Under the pieces are notes generated by a model. It was not told the DNA's origin. It ran no database searches and saw only the letters and a program-made list of their open reading frames with translations. A program made the translations under genes and the position numbers. A stretch of 64,000 nt of DNA, taken from NCBI GenBank assembly GCA_040220235.1, contig JAVJTO010000060.1, one strand, 5' to 3'. This DNA comes from Coleofasciculus sp. B1-GNL1-01. Lineage in GTDB: Bacteria > Cyanobacteriota > Cyanobacteriia > Cyanobacteriales > Coleofasciculaceae. This document shows, one piece after another, positions 29,521 through 39,879 of the stretch (position 1 is its first letter; every line of letters starts with the position of its first letter).

Positions 29521-32346
29521 CTATAAACTATTTTGACTTTTTTGCAAACGTTTCTTGAGTCGCAACTTTCCACTTTCTATTTGCTGAATTCGCTCAACAT
29601 CTTCCTCGTAAGATGATTTGTTTCCTTCTGAGATTAAACATTGTGCTAAAGAACTTATTGTCGGATATTGAAATAGATCGACAAGAGATAAATGAGTTGT
29701 AAACTTTTCACGCAATTGACTATAAACCTGAAGAATGCTTAATGAATGACCGCCAATATCAAAGAAGTTATCTTCGATACCTACCCTCTCGACATTAAGT
29801 ACTTTCTGCCAAATACTGGCAATCATCCGTTCTGCTTCAGTTACTGGTGGCAAATAAGCAACTTCCAATTCAGGGCGAAGATTATCTGGCTTAGGTAGAG
29901 CCCTGCGATCCAATTTGCCACTGGGGGTTAGCGGCAGCGCCTCCAGCAGAACAAAAACTGATGGCACCATGTAATCCGGCAGCTTATCTTTCAGGAAGTT
30001 CCGTAACTGTGGCAACAGTTCACTAGTGATTGCTGAGTCTTCAATTGACCGTGAGCTGTCCCCATCTCCATGCAGCAATCGACCATGAAAATTCGGAACA
30101 ACATAGGCAACCAAACGCTTGTCGCCAAGATTGTCCTCTCTAACCACCACAACCCCCTCCTGCACAGCCGGATGCTGACTTAGTACTGCCTCAATTTCGC
30201 CCAGTTCAACCCGGAAGCCACGAATCTTGACTTGGGAACCGATGCGTCCTAGAAACTCAATAGTCCCATCAGGTAACCATCTGCCTAAATCTCCAGTTTT
30301 GTAGAGTAAATCGTGGTTAGTCTTTTTGGGATTAGAAAAGGGGTTGGGAACAAAGCTTAAATTTGTTTTCTCTGGGTCTTTCCAATATCCATTACCAACG
30401 CCAACGCCTGATACACAAATTTCTCCAGGAACCCCAATTGGGACTAACTGCATCTGAGGGTTAAGGATGTAGAGGGTTAAGTTTGCCAAAGGTTTACCAA
30501 TCGGAACTGTGCGTTGGTTTGCGGGTAAGGGCTTTTCAACGATTAACTGAGTGATATCATCTGCTGCTTCGGTGGGACCGTAAGCATTAACGACGTGGAT
30601 GGAAGGGTACAAATGCAGCCACTGATTAATTAACTCAACAGACACCGATTCTCCAGTTACCATCATCCATTTCAGGTCAGGTAGCCCTCGTTGTTGAGTC
30701 GGTAAGCGGGAGATATAGTTGAGTAAACTGCTGAGAACAACGGGAACAAGTTCTGCGATCGCAATTTTTTCTGATTTGAGCACCTTGAACAATTTTTCGG
30801 GATTAAACACTGTTTCCCGGTCAGCGATGACTGTTGTTCCACCAATCAGAAGGGGGGCTAGAAATTGCCAGACTGAAATATCCGATGAAGCGGGTGCTGT
30901 TTGCAAGAAATTAAACGTTTCCGTAAAGCCTAACGCCTCAAATTGGGCATAGATATGATTAATTGCTCCATCCTGTCTAATAATGGCTCCCTTCGGTAAT
31001 CCGGTTGAACCCGATGTATAGAGCATATAAGCTGGGTCAATTCCTCGATTGACTGCTTCTAGATTTTCTGTCGTAAACTGATCAAAATCCCGGGGGTCGT
31101 ATAGACTTATTCCTGCTAATTTATCCCTCAATCTAGGATCAGGTTTAGCATCTAAGCAGATCAGAGATTTCAAGTGCGAACACTGTTCACTTAGATCAGC
31201 CCAGTGATGTAAAAATGAGGAGTCTGTGAGCAGGAATCTCACCTCACTATGGCATAGCATATACTTGATTCTATCGGTGGGATAAGTACTATCAATGGGG
31301 ACATAGGCTCCACCCGCCTTGTAGATCGCCAGGATAGCGATCGCAAAATTGATATCCCGGTCTTTTAAAATGCCGACAAACTCTCCGGCTTGGATGCCTA
31401 AGTTTCGTAATAACTTAGCCAGTTGATTGGCTTTCTTATTGAGGTCTTGATAGGTTAAGTGGCGAGTATTGTCAACTACTGCTCTACTCTTGGATGCTCG
31501 CTTAACTTGTTGTTCAAATAATTGATTAATCGTCTGATCTAAAGGATAGGTTCTAGAATTATTATTAAATTCTTCTAATAACTGGTGTCTGTCAGACTCT
31601 TTCAAGAAAAGAATATCTTGTAACTTAATGTGGATATCCTCAAAAATGCATTCAAAGATATTCTTATAATTTTGACTCATTAATTTGATCGTTTTTTCTC
31701 TAAAAAGAGAACCGTTGTAGTCTATTGTCAGACGAATATTTTCACCCTTGACTAAACCAGAAACGGTGATATCATTGTTCAGCGTTTCCAGATCACTCGT
31801 GCTATGAATCCTGTCCCATAAAACCACGATATCAAAAAGTGGACAGCGATTTTGACTCTGGGGCAGATTTAATAAGCGAACTAATTCACTCAAGGGATAG
31901 TGGGGATGACTATAAGCCGCAACAACGGTATCTTTGACGTGAAGAAGAAACTCTCTAAATGTCAGTTGAGTGGTTACCAGAGTCCGCAATGGAACCACTG
32001 TCTTGGTTAAACCACTATGACTAGCTTGTTTATAGAGAGGTGAGCCGACAATAATGTCATTATTACCCGTGTACTTATGTAGAACTAACTTTAAAGCAGA
32101 CACCAGCACTATGTAAATGGACAGGTTAGATCCTTGAGTGAAGTTGAAGATGGCTGCTGATAATTCCTTGGATAAATCAAAACTGAGACTTTTAGTATTG
32201 CCCTCATCCCGTAATGGTCTGACATAATCCAGTATGAGATTTGTTTCCGGCAGTTCTCCGGATAATTGGTTTAACCAGTAGATTTTTTCGTGAAATAATT
32301 CTTCAGGAGTTAACATGGATTGATTTTGGGGTTTCAGGACTATCAT
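29521..32346 (-). CDS. NRPS: truncated C (C-terminal lobe only)-A(Dab)-T
   Basis: Begins at the YWLNQL motif with no HHxxxDG; code DIWEMTADDK (Dab-type DIWELTADDK); GGHSL. Confidence 0.88.
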   Translation of the reverse strand: MIVLKPQNQSMLTPEELFHEKIYWLNQLSGELPETNLILDYVRPLRDEGNTKSLSFDLSKELSAAIFNFTQGSNLSIYIVLVSALKLVLHKYTGNNDIIVGSPLYKQASHSGLTKTVVPLRTLVTTQLTFREFLLHVKDTVVAAYSHPHYPLSELVRLLNLPQSQNRCPLFDIVVLWDRIHSTSDLETLNNDITVSGLVKGENIRLTIDYNGSLFREKTIKLMSQNYKNIFECIFEDIHIKLQDILFLKESDRHQLLEEFNNNSRTYPLDQTINQLFEQQVKRASKSRAVVDNTRHLTYQDLNKKANQLAKLLRNLGIQAGEFVGILKDRDINFAIAILAIYKAGGAYVPIDSTYPTDRIKYMLCHSEVRFLLTDSSFLHHWADLSEQCSHLKSLICLDAKPDPRLRDKLAGISLYDPRDFDQFTTENLEAVNRGIDPAYMLYTSGSTGLPKGAIIRQDGAINHIYAQFEALGFTETFNFLQTAPASSDISVWQFLAPLLIGGTTVIADRETVFNPEKLFKVLKSEKIAIAELVPVVLSSLLNYISRLPTQQRGLPDLKWMMVTGESVSVELINQWLHLYPSIHVVNAYGPTEAADDITQLIVEKPLPANQRTVPIGKPLANLTLYILNPQMQLVPIGVPGEICVSGVGVGNGYWKDPEKTNLSFVPNPFSNPKKTNHDLLYKTGDLGRWLPDGTIEFLGRIGSQVKIRGFRVELGEIEAVLSQHPAVQEGVVVVREDNLGDKRLVAYVVPNFHGRLLHGDGDSSRSIEDSAITSELLPQLRNFLKDKLPDYMVPSVFVLLEALPLTPSGKLDRRALPKPDNLRPELEVAYLPPVTEAERMIASIWQKVLNVERVGIEDNFFDIGGHSLSILQVYSQLREKFTTHLSLVDLFQYPTISSLAQCLISEGNKSSYEEDVERIQQIESGKLRLKKRLQKSQNSL

Positions 32347-32386
32347 CGGTCATTTTTAATTGGTCATTTCAATGTGCCATTTTTAA

Positions 32387-33712
32387 CTATACCACTGTTA
32401 CTGGTCGCTCATTCCCTTTTGAAATCAGGCACTCATCAAATACTTCTTTTAAAATTGAACACCCCTTTTGCAAAGTAGACATTTCAATAGTCAAGGGGGG
32501 CAAGATTTTAATTACGGTATCATTTCTTCCCACTCGTTCAGCAATTAGTCCTCGTTCAAAACATCGGGAAGTTATCTGCTTGGTCAAACTGGCATCTTCA
32601 AACTGGGCAAGATCGATTCCCCAAATCATACCAATACCACGTATTTCTATTTTGTTATGAATTGATGCGATTTGCTCATTTAAAAACTTTTTTAGAAAAG
32701 TCTCTTTAATGTTAACCTCTTGTTCAAGATTGGTAATTTCTCGATATTCTAAAGCGGCTGTTCCACCAACGAAGGCGAGTTGATTTCCTCTAAAAGTCCC
32801 CGTATGCTCACCAGGTTTCCAAATATCTAACTCTGGCTTAATTAATAAAAGGGACATGGGAAATCCGTAACCACTGATAGATTTTGAGAGGACAACAATA
32901 TCAGGAACGATATTCGCTCGTTCAAAGGAAAAGAATGAACCAATTCTACCACAACCTACTTGAATATCATCGCAAATCAATAAAATATCATGCTTGTCAC
33001 ACAACGCTCTGAGTTTTTGCATCCACTCAATCGGTGCGACAACAACTCCCCCTTCCGCTTGTACAGTTTCAAAGATGATTGCGGCGGGTTTCTTAATTCC
33101 AGAACTGACATCATTGAGGACTGATTCAATATATCCTATCGTATCAAAATTGTTCATAAATCCATAGGGATAGGGCATAAAGGTGACATTATTTGATGTG
33201 CCAATTGTCCCTGAACGGATTGCTGTATTTCCCGTAACCGCTAAACTGCCCAAGGTCATGCCATGATAGGCTCCCATAAAGGAGAATATGCCTGTTCTTT
33301 TTTTGACTTTTCTGGCTAATTTTAAAGCTGCCTCCACAGCATTAGTGCCAGTGGAACCACAAAACTGGATTTGATAATCTAGGTTTTTGGGCATGAGGAC
33401 TTTCTCGGAAAATTTAATTAAAAAGTTTTCTTTGGCGGATGTGTATAAATCTAAGCCATGGGCAATAGAGTCGGCTTCTAAATAGGACATCACTTGTTGT
33501 TTAATATAATCATTGTTGTGTCCATAGTTCAACGCCCCCGCACCCGATAGGAAATCAATATACTCTACTCCGGATTCTGAGTAGACCATAGACCCTTTTG
33601 CTCTATGGAATACGGTAGGAAAACTCCGACAATAACTTCTAACATTTGACTCACGCTGGGTAAAAATATTCATGGTATTACTCACGGTTTTCGTATGGTG
33701 TAATGGATGCAA
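32387..33712 (-). CDS. ectB: Diaminobutyrate--2-oxoglutarate transaminase (EctB/PvdH family); start may be 33673
   Basis: ESNVRSYCRSFP, GALNYGHN, ETVQAEGG, DDIQVGCGR, LSKSISG, PGEHTGTFRGN. Confidence 0.9.
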   Translation of the reverse strand: MHPLHHTKTVSNTMNIFTQRESNVRSYCRSFPTVFHRAKGSMVYSESGVEYIDFLSGAGALNYGHNNDYIKQQVMSYLEADSIAHGLDLYTSAKENFLIKFSEKVLMPKNLDYQIQFCGSTGTNAVEAALKLARKVKKRTGIFSFMGAYHGMTLGSLAVTGNTAIRSGTIGTSNNVTFMPYPYGFMNNFDTIGYIESVLNDVSSGIKKPAAIIFETVQAEGGVVVAPIEWMQKLRALCDKHDILLICDDIQVGCGRIGSFFSFERANIVPDIVVLSKSISGYGFPMSLLLIKPELDIWKPGEHTGTFRGNQLAFVGGTAALEYREITNLEQEVNIKETFLKKFLNEQIASIHNKIEIRGIGMIWGIDLAQFEDASLTKQITSRCFERGLIAERVGRNDTVIKILPPLTIEMSTLQKGCSILKEVFDECLISKGNERPVTVV

Positions 33713-33726
33713 TAGAGAAGTCGGCT

Positions 33727-35172
33727 TTATACACTGACCTGTACTTGGTTTTGGTCTATGGGGGATGTTTCCTTAAAATCAAAATCGAAGGTGATTTCCT
33801 TTTCCCACTCTAAGGCGAGGCGCTGCTCCGTTTGGGTTAATATCGATAAGTCTTTAATCGGGATTTCAGGATGAGTTGCCATACAATGAAGTATTATCTC
33901 GAAGTGGGTAAGAATTCCGTTAATCGTAGCAACATCAATACAACTGAAATCATAATTAATTCCCAACACTAACGAAGACCCAGGCATAATGACCACAGTT
34001 ATGGAATAGTTTATTTTGTAAAAGTTGGTAAATTTGGATACTTCTATACTTCTGTTTCCCTCCCGTAAACTTGGAGGTACAGGTAGGTTTTCAAAGACCA
34101 CGATGCTCTCAAACAAAGGCATACCTCGTGGCACATCACTCCATCCTTGAACGTCTACCAGAGGGCTATATTCATACTGACGCATTTCTACCAGTTGAGC
34201 CTGAAGCTGTTTGAGCCAAGATAACAGAGACTGTTCAGGATTTATCTTGACTCGTACAGGCAAGGTGTTCACCAACATCCCTACAATTGATTCTGCCCCG
34301 ACCAAATCGGCTGGACGACCAGAAACAGTACACCCATAGACCACATCCTTTTCGCCACTATAACGACTGAGCAGTATAGCCCAGGCTCCTTGAATTAAAG
34401 TATTTAGTGTTAGTTGATGCTGCTTTGCTAGGGACTGTAGTGCGGCTGTCTTGGCTTCGGATAGGATGATTTGTTGATCATTATATTGTTCATCTTGGTT
34501 AGCCAAGCTGCCAACATCGTCAGCATATAAGTGGGTTAGCGGCGTGGGCGCTTTTACTCCCTGGAGTACCCGCCGCCAAAATACCTCAGCCTTGGATAAG
34601 TCCTGTTGCTGTAACCAATCGATGTAGTTTTGGAAAGGAATGCTAGGTGCTAACGATAACGTTTGACCTTGACAAAACGCTTCGTAAAACTGAACCACTT
34701 CATCCAGTACCATGGGGGCTGACCACCCATCCACGATTAAAAAGTGTCGGCTCCAGATAAATTGGTAATACTGGTCAGCGCAGCGAAACAAGGTTAGACG
34801 CATTTGGCATTCTTGGGATAGATCAAAACCTTGTTGGCGATCGCATTTCAAAAAAGCCGTTAAGCGTTTGTCTTGTTCAACGGGATCTAGTCCTCGCCAA
34901 TCCTGCTGTTCTAGGGGCAGGTTAACTTGTTTATACACCACTTGTAAGGGGTTATCAACGTCTTCCCAATAAAAACCACTTCGCAAGATGGTGTGCCGAG
35001 AAACGACTTGCTGCCACGCCTGCTCAAAGGCGACAGAATTAAGATTGCCCTGGAGCGCAAATCTTGTTTGGAAAAAATATTGCCCAAACTCGGGAGCGTA
35101 CAAACTATGAAAGAGAATTCCTTTCTGTATCGGGGTAAGTTCGTAGATATCTTCGATGTTTTCGGTTTTCAT
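33727..35172 (-). CDS. Stand-alone DCL-type condensation domain with atypical active site
   Basis: DCL-type start IEDIYELTPIQKGILFH; motif reads RHFLIVDGWS. Confidence 0.88.
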   Translation of the reverse strand: MKTENIEDIYELTPIQKGILFHSLYAPEFGQYFFQTRFALQGNLNSVAFEQAWQQVVSRHTILRSGFYWEDVDNPLQVVYKQVNLPLEQQDWRGLDPVEQDKRLTAFLKCDRQQGFDLSQECQMRLTLFRCADQYYQFIWSRHFLIVDGWSAPMVLDEVVQFYEAFCQGQTLSLAPSIPFQNYIDWLQQQDLSKAEVFWRRVLQGVKAPTPLTHLYADDVGSLANQDEQYNDQQIILSEAKTAALQSLAKQHQLTLNTLIQGAWAILLSRYSGEKDVVYGCTVSGRPADLVGAESIVGMLVNTLPVRVKINPEQSLLSWLKQLQAQLVEMRQYEYSPLVDVQGWSDVPRGMPLFESIVVFENLPVPPSLREGNRSIEVSKFTNFYKINYSITVVIMPGSSLVLGINYDFSCIDVATINGILTHFEIILHCMATHPEIPIKDLSILTQTEQRLALEWEKEITFDFDFKETSPIDQNQVQVSV

Positions 35173-35226
35173 CGTTTCTCTCCTGAAAATAGTGCTGAGT
35201 AGTGGCTTAAGGGTATCGAATGTGGG

Positions 35227-38200
35227 TTAACTTGTTTTATTTGTCCTTTGGTTGAGTTTGGCGAGGAACTGATCTAGATCTTTTTGGTTTAAATTCGCTT
35301 TGGGAAAGTCAGAGGGTGTATAATCTCTAGCGTTGGCAGATTGACAATGGGTGATGAGCGATCGCAATGTCTCGACAAATCGTGTCGTGAGTTGTTGGAT
35401 GGTTTCCGGGTGATGGATTTTGGCGTTGTAAGTCCACTCCAGTTGGAGTTGCTCCTCCAGCACAAATCCGTTGATTTCTAATAGATAGCGTCGATTAGTG
35501 CTGGGGTTGATGCCAGGAATCGGCTTGATTGGTTCAAACCATGAGGATTCAGATAACACCGTCTCAAACGAGTCTAAATAGCTGAATCTCACCTCCGCTT
35601 GGGGTAGGGACGCAACTATCGACCTGTCCTCGTTCAGATAGCGCAGCACACCATAGTCAATACCCTGATTCGGAATACTCCGAAGTTGTTCTTTAATGGC
35701 TTTGAGTGCCTCCCCTGGCTCTAGAATCCCTTCTAAGGTCAGCAGTGCTGGGAAGCGGGTTGTAAATCTGCCCACTGTGCGGGATAGATCAATATCGTTA
35801 GCGATCGCGTCTCGTCCTTGTCCTTCCAAATCCACCAGCAGGGAGTGTCCCTGTGTCCACTGGTTAAAGGTTTGTACTAATGCGGTGAGCAGTACATCGT
35901 TGATTTGGGTACGATACGCGGCTGGCACGTCCTGTAACAAGGCATGAGTTTCTTGAACACTCAGAGAAACTACAATAGTCTGAACCCAGTCCGTTGTATT
36001 CGCCCCGTTTGGATCATCCACAGGCAGGGGAGAGATAGATTGATGGGATGCTTGTAGCCAGTAGTCGCGCTCTTGCTGGAGTTGAGCGGATCGCGCATAG
36101 TGTAAATACTCAGACCATTGCTTGAAAGAGGTTGTTTTTGGAGACAGTTGAACGAGCTGCCCTTGGCTGAGTTGCTGGTAGACTTGCTGAAGATCTGCCA
36201 GCAAAATTCCCCAAGAAACGCTATCCACCACTAAATGATGCATCACGAGTAGCAGGCGGTGCGGCTGGTTCTCACCTAGATTAAATAGAGCCACCTGCAA
36301 TAGGGAACCCTCCGTCAGGTTTAGGCTAGCTTGCAGTTGGGAAATGGTGGTGTCAATGGCAGTGTCTTGGTCTGCTGCCGATTGACCCGACAAATCAATG
36401 TAGGAGAAAGGCACGGTTTCGTCGGCATCCCATCCAGAATTAACCAGTTGCCACCCGGATTCTGTGGGGATAAACCGCAGGCGCAGGGCGTCATGGTGTT
36501 CTAGCAAATCCTGCACTGTTTGCTCTAGGAGAGCCGGAACCATGGCGTCATGGACTTCTAAGAGTAACCCTTGACTCCAATGATGCGGATTATCAGGCTT
36601 CTGCTCAAAGAACTCGTATTGATTCGGTGTCAAAGGCAGTGAACCCGTTACCATACCTTGTTCCGCGTCGAAGGTTGGCGTTGTACCGACAACGGCGGCT
36701 AACCCCGCTACAGTTGGGTACTCAAATAGCTGCTTGGGTGTCGCCTGTAAACCCGCCTGGTTAACTCTGGCGATGATTTGAATGCTCATAATCGAATCGC
36801 CGCCTAACTCAAAAAAGTTGTCATGAATACCGACTCGCTCAATTTCCAGTACCTGCGCCCAAATCCTGGCGATCGTGTCTTCGATGGGGGTGCGGGGAGG
36901 AACGAATTTCGCTTCTAACTCCGGTCTAACGTTGTCTGGGGCGGGTAACGCTTGGCGATTGACCTTGCCATTGAGGGTGAGCGGTAATGCTTTGAGCTGT
37001 ACAAACGTGGAGGGTATCATATACTCCGGCAGCTTTTCGTTGAGGAAGTTCCGGAGGTCACTGACCGAAATATCTGACTGAGAATGGGGGACAATGTAAG
37101 CAATGAGACGCTGGTTTCCGGATTCGTCATGCCGCCCTAGGGTGATCGCTTGCTCAATTTCCGGATGAAGTGCGAGTGTTGATTCAATCTCTCCCGGTTC
37201 AATGCGGAAGCCGCGAATCTTCAGTTGATGGTCAATTCGCCCCAGAAACTCAATTGTGCCATCAGGCAGATAACGCGCCACGTCTCCCGTTTTGTATAAC
37301 CGTGATCCCGACTCATGGCTAAAGGGGTTGGGAATAAATCTCTCGTTTGTTAAGTCGGGTTGGTTCAGATACCCCCGCGCCAGATTATCTCCACCGATAT
37401 AAAGTTCGCCGCCTACACCTATCGGGACAGGTTGTAAATGCTCGTCCAGAATGTAAACCTGAGTATTAGCAAGAGGACGCCCAATGGGGACAGTCTGCGA
37501 TCGCTCCCAAATTGCTCTATCTTCGATGGAATAAGTTAGGACTCCAATTGTCGTTTCTGTTGGTCCATAGTGATTGACAATTTGGCAAGTTGGTGCATAC
37601 TGCTGGAGTTTCTCCACTAATATCCAACTCAGCGCCTCGCCCCCCAGAATCAGGTGCTTTTTGGGTAAAATCTTCTCCGGGTGAGATGCACTTAAAAGCG
37701 CTTTTAGGTGAGACGGGACAATTTTGAGACAATCAATGGGATGATGGTTGCAGTAATCGGCTAAGGCTTCTGGATTCGTTGACCGCTCCTGGGAGATAAT
37801 AGACAGAGATCCCCCGGTACACAATGCTGAGAAGATGGCAGTGTTACCTAAATCGGCGGCGAAGGTAGAAACCGTTGCGAAACTAGCACCTCTGGGTAAG
37901 TCGAGTTGGTTGATAATTCCGTTCAGATAATTAAGTAGTTGCCGATGCTCAACGGCGACACCCTTGGGTTTGCCTGTAGAACCTGATGTATAAATAACGT
38001 AGACTAGATTTTCACGGGTGACTTCACTACTGGGATTGGTATCACTCTGTTGAGCCATAGTATCCCAGTCTGTATCTAAACAGATTACCTGTGCGGCAAG
38101 AGTTGGACAAGTTTCGACTAACGACTGTTGGGTTAAGAGGATGGGAACTTGAGCATCCTGCAACCGGAAGGTTAGAGCCTCAATGGGTAAGGCTGGATCG

Positions 38201-39801
38201 ATGGGTAAGTAGGCGCCTCCGGCTTTGAGGATACCCAGGAGTCCGACAATCATGTCTAGGGAACGCTCTACCCACAATCCCACTAGCACTTCTGGCTTGA
38301 CTCCCCGTTGCTGCAAGGTGTGAGCCAGTTGATTGGCTTTTTGGTTAAGCTGGGCATAGGTTAACTGTTGGTCTTCAAACACAACAGCAATAGTATTCGG
38401 TGTCTTTTTTACCTGTTCTTCAAAGCGTTGGTGAATACATTGATCTAGAGGGTAATCAATCTGGGTGTGGTTAAACTCGACCAGAAGTTGTTGGCGATCA
38501 CTAGGCGTGAGCATCTCTAAGTGACTAATGAGCGCCTCTGGATTTTCAATCGCACTGGTTAATAGAGTCTGAAACTGTCTAGACAGGCGTTGAATGGCAT
38601 CTACAGAGAATAAATTAGTATCGTAATGAACGTCTACACTCAGAGAGTTGTTGCTACTAATACAGGTCAGTTTAACCTTGAACGGTTCAATACAGGTGTA
38701 CTGCTTGTAAAGAGAGAATGAAACACCAGCACTCAACCATTGGTCCGACCATTCAACCCATTCAAAACCAATTTGAGACGTTATTCTATCCTCATTCCAG
38801 CAAAAATAATCTTGCCATTCTTCAGCATCAACCGTCGCTTTTTTAACGAGTTCTAAGGCTTCTGTGAAGTGCAAATCTGGTACAACGTGAATTTTAATCG
38901 GCAGCCAAGTAGCAAGTAGCCCTAGTACGTTATGCAGGGGTTCATATTCTCCGTCTCTGCGATCGTAGATTGTGCCGACGACAATATCTGACTGTCCTGT
39001 AACTCGCCAAAGCAGGATTTGCCAACAGGTGAGTAGCACGACAGACGCTGAAGTCTCATACTGCTGCACCAGCGCCTCAATTTTTTCGAGTACATCAGAG
39101 CCAAGCGTCACGCTCAGACAGCTAGGATTAAATTTTGACTGTGGTAAAGATTCGCTCTCAAAAGGCAGCTTTAATCTGTTTGCATTTGAGAAATCTTGCT
39201 GCTCCCAATACTCTTTCCCTGCTTCAGCATCGTCGTCTTCGAGTAACTGATTATGCCACTCTGAAAATTGAACATATTGCACCACTGGATCGGACACTTC
39301 CTCACCTTGTAGGTAAGCCGAGTAAGCCTTACTAATTTCAGCGACCAAATTCTTGAGAGTCCAAGCATCGCCACAAAGGGAAGGTAAGCTAACTATCAAA
39401 ACGTGCTTAGTGGCTGAGAGCTTGAGTAGAAATGAACGCAAAATCGCTCCTTGCTCTAAGTCAAAGCCTTGGAGTCTCTGTTCCAGAAAAAGGGACTCAA
39501 TTTTAGCATCTTGTTCCTCCGCTTCCAAATCACTCAAATTGATGTTGTGCCACGACCAGCTACTGCTATCAGTTATAACCATGACTGGCATTTTTATCCC
39601 AGGTAGGCGGCTAAAATTTGTACGTAGAATTCTCTGCCGATTGACAACGTTCTGTAAAGCACAGTTCAATATCTCTGGTTTGAGATGACCTTCTAGCAGA
39701 AGGGCGCCTTGGACACAGTAAGCTGAACTATTTTGCTGTAATGACCAAACACGCTTCTGTTGAGGAGAAAGTCGAAAGCCTTTAGTAATTTGATTTTGCA
39801 T
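35227..39801 (-). CDS. NRPS: interface (I) domain-A(Asp)-T-E
   Basis: LPSLCGDAW; code DLTKIGHIGK; GGDSI; E domain HHLVVDSVSW, SRTVGRFT, YTPSDFP. Confidence 0.92.
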   Translation of the reverse strand: MQNQITKGFRLSPQQKRVWSLQQNSSAYCVQGALLLEGHLKPEILNCALQNVVNRQRILRTNFSRLPGIKMPVMVITDSSSWSWHNINLSDLEAEEQDAKIESLFLEQRLQGFDLEQGAILRSFLLKLSATKHVLIVSLPSLCGDAWTLKNLVAEISKAYSAYLQGEEVSDPVVQYVQFSEWHNQLLEDDDAEAGKEYWEQQDFSNANRLKLPFESESLPQSKFNPSCLSVTLGSDVLEKIEALVQQYETSASVVLLTCWQILLWRVTGQSDIVVGTIYDRRDGEYEPLHNVLGLLATWLPIKIHVVPDLHFTEALELVKKATVDAEEWQDYFCWNEDRITSQIGFEWVEWSDQWLSAGVSFSLYKQYTCIEPFKVKLTCISSNNSLSVDVHYDTNLFSVDAIQRLSRQFQTLLTSAIENPEALISHLEMLTPSDRQQLLVEFNHTQIDYPLDQCIHQRFEEQVKKTPNTIAVVFEDQQLTYAQLNQKANQLAHTLQQRGVKPEVLVGLWVERSLDMIVGLLGILKAGGAYLPIDPALPIEALTFRLQDAQVPILLTQQSLVETCPTLAAQVICLDTDWDTMAQQSDTNPSSEVTRENLVYVIYTSGSTGKPKGVAVEHRQLLNYLNGIINQLDLPRGASFATVSTFAADLGNTAIFSALCTGGSLSIISQERSTNPEALADYCNHHPIDCLKIVPSHLKALLSASHPEKILPKKHLILGGEALSWILVEKLQQYAPTCQIVNHYGPTETTIGVLTYSIEDRAIWERSQTVPIGRPLANTQVYILDEHLQPVPIGVGGELYIGGDNLARGYLNQPDLTNERFIPNPFSHESGSRLYKTGDVARYLPDGTIEFLGRIDHQLKIRGFRIEPGEIESTLALHPEIEQAITLGRHDESGNQRLIAYIVPHSQSDISVSDLRNFLNEKLPEYMIPSTFVQLKALPLTLNGKVNRQALPAPDNVRPELEAKFVPPRTPIEDTIARIWAQVLEIERVGIHDNFFELGGDSIMSIQIIARVNQAGLQATPKQLFEYPTVAGLAAVVGTTPTFDAEQGMVTGSLPLTPNQYEFFEQKPDNPHHWSQGLLLEVHDAMVPALLEQTVQDLLEHHDALRLRFIPTESGWQLVNSGWDADETVPFSYIDLSGQSAADQDTAIDTTISQLQASLNLTEGSLLQVALFNLGENQPHRLLLVMHHLVVDSVSWGILLADLQQVYQQLSQGQLVQLSPKTTSFKQWSEYLHYARSAQLQQERDYWLQASHQSISPLPVDDPNGANTTDWVQTIVVSLSVQETHALLQDVPAAYRTQINDVLLTALVQTFNQWTQGHSLLVDLEGQGRDAIANDIDLSRTVGRFTTRFPALLTLEGILEPGEALKAIKEQLRSIPNQGIDYGVLRYLNEDRSIVASLPQAEVRFSYLDSFETVLSESSWFEPIKPIPGINPSTNRRYLLEINGFVLEEQLQLEWTYNAKIHHPETIQQLTTRFVETLRSLITHCQSANARDYTPSDFPKANLNQKDLDQFLAKLNQRTNKTS

Positions 39802-39879
39802 TTATACACATCTACTCATTTAGCTGTTTACGATCTATAAAGCAGGCTCTTGATCCTCTTTACCTAATACTCATGTAAA

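Noticed and set aside
32387..33712. Ectoine or schizokinen/diaminopropane pathway
   Set aside because: No ectA/ectC or NIS synthetase is present; the adjacent Dab-code A domain explains the gene, and the embedded decarboxylase looks PanP-like
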